Assembly: GCA_964016885.1 (NCBI GenBank) | Contig: OZ024743.1 | Coordinates: forward strand, 120,652,001-120,716,000 | Direction of reading: 5' to 3' | Length of the DNA: 64,000 bases | Origin: Eledone cirrhosa | Taxonomy: Eukaryota | Shown here: positions 54,686 through 64,000 of the stretch, piece after piece | Numbering within the stretch: position 1 is the stretch's first letter | Layout of the letters: each line of letters starts with the position of its first letter | Position numbers and translations under genes: made by a program | Notes under the pieces: generated by a model | What the model saw: the letters and a program-made list of their open reading frames with translations, nothing else | The model's database searches: none | Told to the model about the DNA's origin: nothing

Positions 54686-55704
54686 GCGCGCGGGCACACA
54701 TACAAAGCAGGCGCCTATAGTTTTCATTGGTCAGCCCGGAGCTGTAGTATAAGATACTTACCGAGTTATGAAGTCGGAGTGAACCTAAAACCATTTGCCT
54801 CTGCCTATTAATTAATCATCGTGATTCTGCATGAATTTATTTGCATTTCACTAACCGAATATAACAAGAATTAATATATACACACATGCACAATCACATA
54901 TACACACAAACACATACACACACAAGGATGCATACATACACATAATTTAAAGATATTCAATCTTTAAAACATCTCTCAGAGAAATGCTGGAGAAGTCCAT
55001 ATATATATATACACTATAAATATATTATAATAATGTCTTATCAATAAAAGCGAAGATATAGAACTCATGCATTAGTCGCCAAATATATTCTTTCAGATAT
55101 ATAACAAAGAAATCGTCTCAATTTCCTCGCATTGCTCTATATTTATATTTGGCAATATATCACGTGCCCCCATATTTTTGCTTGTATATTTCAGTATTTG
55201 CTGGATTAAATTATAGCAAAATAAGGTTTTGCGACTAAATTACAATGCGAAATCTGAAAATAACGTACTGCAGTGTAGCACATTTAAAATAATGTATTAA
55301 CTAAATAATACACATTATCCAACATTCATTCCTTTTAAAAACATATAGGATTTGTGGTTTCATAGAGGTTAGGCAGTTTATCCTTGCGGCTCAAGCAGCT
55401 GATAACAGATGTTTTGTTGAGAGTTTTGTTGTTATTGCTTTTCGCATGGTTTATCCGTGATAATGCAAACCTATATAAAGCAAAATGCTCCAACCGTGAG
55501 ATTCCCGTCTACTATTTAAGGCATAGTGAATCAGTCAAGCTTCTCTCGGACGAACAGAGAGTTACGAAATCGTTCTGCATTAATTAGTCAGCTTCTGAAT
55601 ATTGCTGACCATTAGAGATTTACGCAACAACTGATTTCACGTGTGGAACAGGTCCGGATATTGGGTGTGTTAACACTGAAGACCTTCTCGCCCCGTTAAG
55701 AAAC

Positions 55705-55872
55705 AGAGTTTCTCTCTATCTCAACAGTAACCTTCCCATGTCGGGGAAAACGATTGATGGTAGATGTGATTAAGGAGACTTGAATAGTTGTTTCTTTGGT
55801 CAAACACTTATCGCCTCTTTCATGTTTCACATGACATTGGAAGGTTACTGTTGGGAGGAGATGGCAGCTTCC
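55705..55872 (+). other. Long imperfect hairpin with G-U wobble-compatible differences
   Basis: CTCAACAGTAACCTTCCCATGTC / GACATTGGAAGGTTACTGTTGGG; inner GATTAAGGAGAC / GTTTCTTTGGTC. Confidence 0.7.
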
Positions 55873-56299
55873 TAGTAAATTTCCTGAAAGATGGAGGAGC
55901 CTAGCGATACTTGAGTATTTTAGCTTATTTTAATCACGTAACTCTCTGCCAGGGAATAACAATTATAAGAGGGTAATGCTGGATTTGAGGATTTCCTTCA
56001 TTGGCCATAGATAGTGGAATTCGGGTCTGAAAACACAATCACACGTCTGAATACTCTGTATACAATTTTATCTTTGTTTTGCTTGCTCTTAATTCATTCA
56101 ATATTAATTTAAATGTTTGTTACAATAACAGGAACGATTATTACTCTTTTATATCATGTTTTCAACTATTTTATTCGAGTTTCGCGATCATGTTTTCCAT
56201 ATTCATGGGTGTAACTGTATAGTATGTAAACTTTAGGAGTTCCCCTTACATATTTTCCATCGATTATGTAACAGTATATGTTGTATCATTTTATTGACT

Positions 56300-56900
56300 A
56301 TTGATTGTACAAATGGTGGTATTGTATTGGGTAGTTATTGAATATGCTGTATGTAGCGAATGTTCGTTTAAAGTAAAAGTGATATTAGTATGATGAGGAC
56401 TCTGTGTGGATTGTGTGTAAAGTTGTGAGCTCTTGAACGGTTTGTATGTTTCTGATTGAATTTGCTTTTATTAGATATTTTGATCCAGTTAGTATTCGGA
56501 CTATCATTAATTCCAGTCCCTCTTCATGCCTATATCAATTTAAAAAGCCCTGTACTTTGGCAATTTCTCCGACTCATTTCAGACTGTTTTGGTTACAAAG
56601 AATCGGAATGCACAGAAATGTTTGCACATCTTCTTGATTATTTTATCTTGTAATTTACTTTGTAATTTGCCAACCTAAATAGGTCCATCTCAGCTGACTA
56701 TCACCATGCCATCGTCATGTAAAAGTGTCATATACATGTTTATTACCTTTTTGTCAGTTTTGTTCAGTTGAAGTATTTGCAAACGTTATCATCTATGTGA
56801 ATATATTTGGACTTGGTAAAGACTGGCCAGTCGAAGATAATGAGGTCTACCATTTCATTGTATTTGCTGTATACTCTGTACTTAATGTTAATAGTATCAT
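56300..56900 (-). mobile_element. Decayed PLE RT relic
   Basis: LHDDGMVIV..GP..KL..KIIK resembles YRDDGL..GP..KKIIK; ETYKPF downstream. Confidence 0.45.
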
Positions 56901-57853
56901 TTGTTTATTTCATTTTGTATAGCTCTTGTACAGCTAAAATTCACACCTGTTTCTGCTTTTAGTTCAAAAGATTGCTGGATCTTAGTCTGGCTTACTTTCT
57001 TCCGGTCGTTTATTGAGGATTAATACTCATATATTGTTTTTTTCTCTTTGGAGTTTGTCTTTTGTTTTTTTAAATATGCACTGTTGATTTAAACTTATCT
57101 AACTCTTTTACTTTCAGTTTCATTTCATTGTGTTTATATATATATATAGTAAAGTTGATTTTGGTTTGCTTTCATCATGTTTTGGTAATAGCTAATCAAT
57201 TTTATTTACTTGCACCAAGCATTCTTTAGTCCAAACTATTTTCTTATTTTTCTCAAACCCCGCCCTTCTGTGATTGGTAAGATATTTGAGGTGATACATT
57301 CGGAACACTTAGTAGTTTGCAGCATTTTCCTCTTAAATCTGTTCAATTGATTTAACTTCCAGTTGATTATTTTCAAACTATAAATCATAACTGGACAAGT
57401 TAGCGTATTTATCCCTACTATACTCTTTTGTACTGTATCTAAGGAGATGTATGGGTGGTTTTGTTATAACCACTTATTTCAATGTATGTGTTTAATATCT
57501 AATACTCATAGTTTTATCTGGCTTCCCTTTTCTTATATTAATTTTGGCATATTGGTCTAATTATATACCTTTATGTGTGCCTGGCCCGAATCTTTGAAAC
57601 TTTATTAATAGGTTTTCCAGCTAGTTGTTATATTTTGTAAATATTTTCATAGCGATCAATACAAAGGACATATGCAAGTAATGTGCTCGAATGAGAAATA
57701 TAGCGCGTTTTTCTGCAGTAATGCGGAACAAAAACAATGTACGAAAAAATCTGTATTGTAAACATCATGAATGATTTGTGATTCGGATTAAACTACAAGT
57801 AAATCTATAGCAGGGTTACGAGTGTTCTCCTTATAAATGGTTTTAAGCCTTGC

Positions 57854-58361
<508 letters not shown>

Positions 58362-60269
58362 CAATTAGTACTGGGTACATAAAACAGCCTTTCATTGATA
58401 TTTATACACTTTTGTTATAAAAACTCTATAAAATGTTATTCCTGAGAATAGAAACAAAATAGAAACAGAATACATTGTTATCTTTAGCGATAAAGAATAG
58501 TGGTGGCAAATTACTATAAAACACCAATCTGGTACAAACACAACATATTTGATATTCTTTTTGTACTCTCGAGAAGAAAGAAAATTCATGCATTGATGTC
58601 AGCCGTTAATGTAAATATTTTCTCTAAAGATTTGGGGATACAAACTGCCTATACTGAACTACTATGAAGCCTATATTCACATTTAAATCAATCTTCATAG
58701 TTAAACTTGCACTTTAATCTTTGCTCGACTTTCTTTAGGGAGATGATTTTGTTTTGAAGGTATTGAGATATTTATAAGCGTAGATATTCGTCCGTTCTTT
58801 TATTAAAAGCATCGGGATGGTTTGCCTATATTCCTCTGTCAGTATGGATGGACATGTCTCAGGTAATAAAATGAATTGTTAGAAGGCCAGACAAAATAAA
58901 TTGTTGCTTACTATCTTATGTGTTTACATTTCACTCTGTTTTAAGCATTAATATAATGCATTTATCATATTCTTTCCTAATCTTTCCTTTCGTTCGTGTG
59001 TACTGCTCATTATCTAGTTCATTTATTGGTAAATAGTTGATGTTAGTGTTTTGTGTAATTCTCTTATCTTGATTTCTTTATCTAGCATAACATTAGTATC
59101 TTAAACGAATTTCCCTCTCTTTAGGGCCGCTATGACGCATTTTCCGAATACAAATTGCATCAATCTCTCTTGTAAATCCGTGTATTGTCTGTAGTAGTAT
59201 GTCGAGCTGTCTTTAATCTACTGTGTGCGACTTGAGATCGCCCATATAGAAGATAATATAGGTTTTATCGCAATATAGGTTTTATTGCGACAGAGAACTA
59301 GAGTTCTCTTGTAATATTCAGCTTTAAATTGAGATGGGTTTAGGTTTAGTATTTTGTATCTATATAAGGGTTCGTTATTTTTTTCTGGCATGTGTAATAT
59401 ATTTCCTTACTACTGACGTTACCTAATTCATATCTAGTGTATCCTGTATCCACGTGTGAGAGTTACAGTAAAAAGTCATCTGGCAGTCAATCCACGAAAT
59501 ATCAATGTATTTCTCTTTCTGCATTCTTCAGGCTTTTTAATCAGTAATTAATCATTACTAGGCGGCAAATGGCAGAAGTTTTAAGAGACATGATTAATTC
59601 TCTTGATACTTATGCCAGTTCTTCACTTTCTACGCGAAAATCTCATTACAGCAACTTTGAATTTTATCCTAAGGGGAACAGTAAATTATCAATCTTGGAT
59701 TGATAGATTGGTGGAAGTATTAAAAGAGTATAACGTGGTGTTTTGTCATATCTGTTTTCTCCAGTTCTGTTAATATCTCATTAAATATATCTCTTAGCAT
59801 CTTACGTGACTGTTAAATATTGTAACCCAAGAGTTGGGATGTTACCATGTCTTGGTGCTTTCCATTTGTTATCTGTTTTAGTTTGTGAATTACTTTCATT
59901 TGTATGCCCTCACGGTTGTTTGGATATTGTGTTGGTTGTTTTAACTAATCATCTCCTTAATTATTCATTTGTTGCCTATACCCGACGCCCAATCTTTCTA
60001 TTTCTCTTGATGTTGGTGCCACATCAAATTATTTTACTTTTCTGTGTTCTGAGAAAAAGCCTTTTAGGTTGAAATCAATCTGCTTTATTCAACGATTTGT
60101 GATTCTTATACCGACGGATTCTTTACGCTTTAGCGAGAATATCTTGCTTCAAGCGTTCTTTTGTTTAGAGTACTCGTCGTTAATATTTTATATTTTCGTA
60201 GCTTTGATACCTCCTTCCATTTTCTCATTTGTGTTGCTTTGCTAATCATTTTATTTAGGATTGAGAGTT

Positions 60270-60730
60270 ATTTCCTCTTACTTTCCATCGTCACATGGCA
60301 GTACTATCGGTTCGTTAAACTCTACAGGCAAGAAAGGGCTGCCAATGCACACAGTGTGACATAACTGATTTGCTTGCACACGTTCAGTGTCCGAGCATAG
60401 ATGATTTGTGAATTTAAGACGAACGACTGTTGTCATGAGTAAAACAGATCCAGCAATATACACCGTCAAGATCCTATGGCCCTTCTGTAGCCGGGACAGT
60501 TTTCGTCTATCAGGTGACTATGCTGAAAAGCGTTGTGTACTGGACAAAACTTAAATAACTGCAGAATGACATCTTCCTCTTCGGGCAAACCCTCTCCAAT
60601 CTTTTCACGTTTTACCAGGAAACGAAGTGACAGTGGAAAGGGTGCTGTACGTTTCTAGTAAGTTTATCAAATGGTGAGTGAAAGTATCCGAAATACAAGA
60701 GCGAATAAATTTCCTTGTACGTGCTTGTAG
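60270..60730 (+). mobile_element. L1/Tx1-like LINE C-terminal relic
   Basis: VKLYRQ..C.QC..HVQCPSI.DL; VERVL..SSKFIKW. Confidence 0.55.
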
Positions 60731-61039
60731 GTCAGAAAGTGACAATCAAGAGAGCCTATTTTTCGTTATATTTATGGTTTTTATGGATTCGTGGAGTTCC
60801 TTGATTAGGCAGATGTCTTTCTATATTAGGGCGACAAAATACCTTATTTGTATAGTACGCCTATTTTATCTGTATAATATGTACACCTTTACCTCATTTT
60901 TTTCATCATCCGATTTATATGTATGTAATCTGCCTTTATAATATGTAGTCGCTCATGTGGCAAATAAATGAAACTATTATTAATACTAAAGTAGTAGTAG
61001 TAGTAGTAGTAGTAGTAGAGGTGGTGGTGGTATTAGTAT

Positions 61040-61160
61040 TAGTAGTAGTAGTAGTGTAATTATTTGTGTTTTTCTTCTTTCTTCAGCTTTGTTTCCATTT
61101 CTTGTCGAATGTCTTCCCGACACCTAGAGCAGAGAAACTCACAGTATGCATTGATAAGCT
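61040..61160 (-). mobile_element. Probable LINE 3' terminus (R4/Dong-like) with (ACT)n tail
   Basis: Minus: TTATCAATGCATACTGTGAGTTTCTCTGCTCTAGGTGTCGGGAAGACATTCGACAAGAAATGG.. running into the trinucleotide tract. Confidence 0.4.
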
Positions 61161-61689
61161 ACAAAAATAAATACCCCAGATTATTCACGTTACACACTTT
61201 ACACAGTTACAAGTATATCATTTGCTTTGTACATGTGTAAATTATCTGTTTAAAATCATATTCACAACAGAACGATATTTAACCATATAAGTGTGCTCGA
61301 TTATTTACAACCTACATAATTATGGAACATAGTCAAATACATTTATGTAAAAAAATTACTTGTTGATAAGTTGATAAGGCTAGTATAGGCAGTCCACATT
61401 TCAAAGTAATTGACTAAACAGACCACAAGCATTAATTTGTTTAGTTGACTTCAGTTACTGAAAAGTAAACGCGTAGTTTTCGTCTCGCAAAGTTTACAGA
61501 GAGAGGATTAGTGAATTAGGAAAGCTGGCCTTGACGGTGGCAATCGTCACCAAAACAACAATTAGTTAAGAATCGATTAGGTTTGGTACAGAATTAGTGA
61601 TAGAGAAAGCTAGACTAGAAAAAGAATTAGTGAGTTGGTATGACTCTATCTTCTATCCCTGTGCTGGACTTCCTCTTAATGGCAATCAT

Positions 61690-62490
61690 CAAAGCAGGCG
61701 GCTTCAGATCCATTCTCAGAGACTGGACCGCTGAAATGCGTAGCGGCATCAGCACTCGAAACCGTTCAAAATTATGCGATTTATTCATCACTATTGTCTC
61801 CTTTCGTCCCTAATGTATGTATTGGCCTTTAATCTACTATTACAAATATTTGAGATGCTGTGGGGCGTCCCACGTGAACTAACATGTTAGAGATCCGTAT
61901 CAGCATATGCCGATGACGTCACCGGAGTGTTGTTGAATACCAAACATACTAAGATGATCGCCACCGCTCATAGGGACAATAGATTGGTAACAGGAGAGAA
62001 AATTAACCAGGATAACTAGGTGGGCTTGCAGCTCGGCGTCTGAAGAGACTGATCCATGCCCTCCAACATGGTCGGTGGCCACTGGACGGATGGACTGGTA
62101 AAATTTCTCGGGGTCTGGTTGGTTCCAGACCTCCAAAGAGGCAAACGCTTGGATGTGCTAATGAGTAGGGTGGCCACCCTCACCCGGACATGGGCAGAAA
62201 TGAAGCTATTCATGAAAGTTCGGCCGGAGTTGGCAAACGCGTACATCACATCCGTCTTCTACTATGTCTTGACCATCGTAACTTGTCCTCGTCAACGTCT
62301 GGCTGCACTGGACCGTTGGTTCTTTCGCTTGTTGTGAAAGGGACGCGTACGCATGGTTAGGCGTTGCATTTTCTGTCAACACTCTCAGAGTGGAGGACTG
62401 GGCATGCCGTGGCTGATGATGCGCAAATATGCGCTGAGACTACGACATCTCCAGATTTTATTTGGTCACTAGACGTGTTTTTTTCACTGC
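61690..62490 (+). mobile_element. L1/Tx1-like LINE RT relic
   Basis: SAYADDVT, GEKIN, VKFLGVW, LTRTW..L..K.R..LANAYITSVFYY, GGLGMP. Confidence 0.88.
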
Positions 62491-62493
62491 TCG

Positions 62494-62603
62494 TTAAGTT
62501 TTCCTTTCATCCTTACGGGGTCGATAAAAAAAGCACCAGTAATGCACTGGGGTCTATTCACATTGCCGGCCTTGTGCCTAAAGTAGAAACAATTATTATT
62601 ATT
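62494..62603 (+). mobile_element. SINE family A 3' half
   Basis: CCTTTCATCCTTACGGGGTCGATAAAA..GGCCTTGTGCCTAAAGTAGAAAC. Confidence 0.9.
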
Positions 62604-62639
62604 GTAGTTGTTTTCATCGCTCAGCTTCTAACGTTGGAG

Positions 62640-64000
62640 ATGTAGTACAGTGTTAGCTGTTCACTACGAGTGAACTGAGGTAACACCCTTTATTTTTCGA
62701 ATACACTCCAGAGTATTCGAGCTGTTCCAAGCAACGCTGGTTTTTGTAAGTGTTCCGTCCGTATTGTAATCCCTATTTGTTTAATGTACTTCTCGATCTT
62801 TCCTCACTGTTCCCAAGACTCCAACTATAACTGGTATTACCACTACTCTTTCCGGTGACCACAACTTCTTAACCGCCCAAGCTAACCTGTCATATCTATA
62901 AATGTTTTCCTTCTTTATCGCATACGTTGTTATCAGCTGAGCAGGCTATATCTATGATCCCACACGGTTTCCTTTCTTTCTCAATTAATACAGTATCTGG
63001 GCTCCTATGCTCAATCTAAAATAATATCACAAAGTCCCACATGATGATTGCATCATCATTTTCGATAATAACACCCTCAGGGTCCCACTTTCCCACTCAA
63101 TCATTCCTCTTTCTCCTCATTTTCATGGTATATATAATCTCTCTCTGTTGCTCTTTAGGTGAAATACCCCATATCTAGTACATATCTTTCTTGTGATTTG
63201 GTCTAAAGTCATTAGCTCTTCCACTGTCCACGTGATCACTTCTGCTCTATATCTAAGGGGTGACACCACCCATGTATTGATAGTTTCCATCTTATTCCGT
63301 CCATTCCGTTACTTCTTTTTAACCCTTTCTCTCAATGCCATACTTTTTTTTCATTGCTCTGTATTTGATTTCATTTCTAAGCTCCCATCTACTCTTTTCG
63401 GACTAAGCAAGAAATATCCTGCAAAGGGGTATCTATATTGGCCTGTATTGTCCTTTTCCACAATGGCTCTTTTTTTTAAGCCTCCCTTATAGTTTTTCTT
63501 TGCCTTGACATCTACACCCATATCTTCTGCTACAACAATGCTTGCTGACTTTATCAGGTAATTTTTTTGAGTGATGTTATTTATTTTGATGTATTTCAGA
63601 ACTTCATACACCTTATATATCTCTTGGTTCAGCTTGTATTGATAAACCTTCTTTAGGGTGCAAATGAGGTACAAATCTCATCCTGTAACCTTGCATTTAT
63701 TCTGTCGTACATTGTTTTTGTTAACTTATTACGTTTTCATCAATTTTATTGTCTTCCATACCATCTACATTTCTCTCACCTGACTGACCACCTCTACATT
63801 GTTACTGTGGGTTGCAAGAAATCTATTCACCCTTGTCCTCTGCTAGAGTTTTCCTTTCCTCAGTAAGACCTTCATCCTCACCATACTGTTTCCTGATACC
63901 CATCTTTTATAGCTTCAAATTCCACTTCTGTCAACCAGCGATCTTTTCTTATTGTTCTGGCTTGGTCTCATAACCTCTGCTCTGTGAGATGAAACAAGCC
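62640..64000 (-). mobile_element. R4/Dong-like LINE relics (RLE end 62640-63095; N-terminal part above)
   Basis: IMWDF..EHRSPD..IIDIAC..KKLW..VIPVIVGVLG..LQK.ALLGTARIL; upstream NYLIKSASIVVAEDMGV. Confidence 0.8.

Noticed and set aside
61087-61143. + strand exon candidate with strong acceptor
   Set aside because: The pyrimidine tract is the reverse of an A-rich retroelement 3' end, and the donor is weak.

Overview
AT-rich, microsatellite-dense animal (eukaryotic) DNA, most likely an octopod cephalopod; this is inferred from the SINE/LINE complement and (TA)n density, not from a search. No intact recognisable host gene, rRNA, true tRNA or CRISPR is present, and most listed ORFs are microsatellite read-throughs. 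The window is mostly transposon relics: more than 15 tRNA-derived SINE copies of three kinds, RTE, R4/Dong and L1/Tx1 LINE fragments, a near-complete mariner, a rosa/DD41D-like Tc1/mariner relic, a non-autonomous Helitron and several Penelope-like element (PLE) pieces. One PLE piece is a GIY-YIG endonuclease with the CxCx5Cx5C linker of the Hydra clade. The most striking unexplained pattern is a set of about 8 different fold-back (hairpin) elements of 60-520 bp sitting in or next to (TA)n tracts. Several carry hammerhead-ribozyme (HHR) cores, and in two the symmetry axis falls exactly on a ribozyme part. A complete minimal type I hammerhead lies at 45694-45731 (-). Splice signals also suggest a + strand host gene crossing the window (96-nt exon, 15-nt and 20-nt microexons, possible recursive splice site) and a possible - strand promoter near 11.4 kb.
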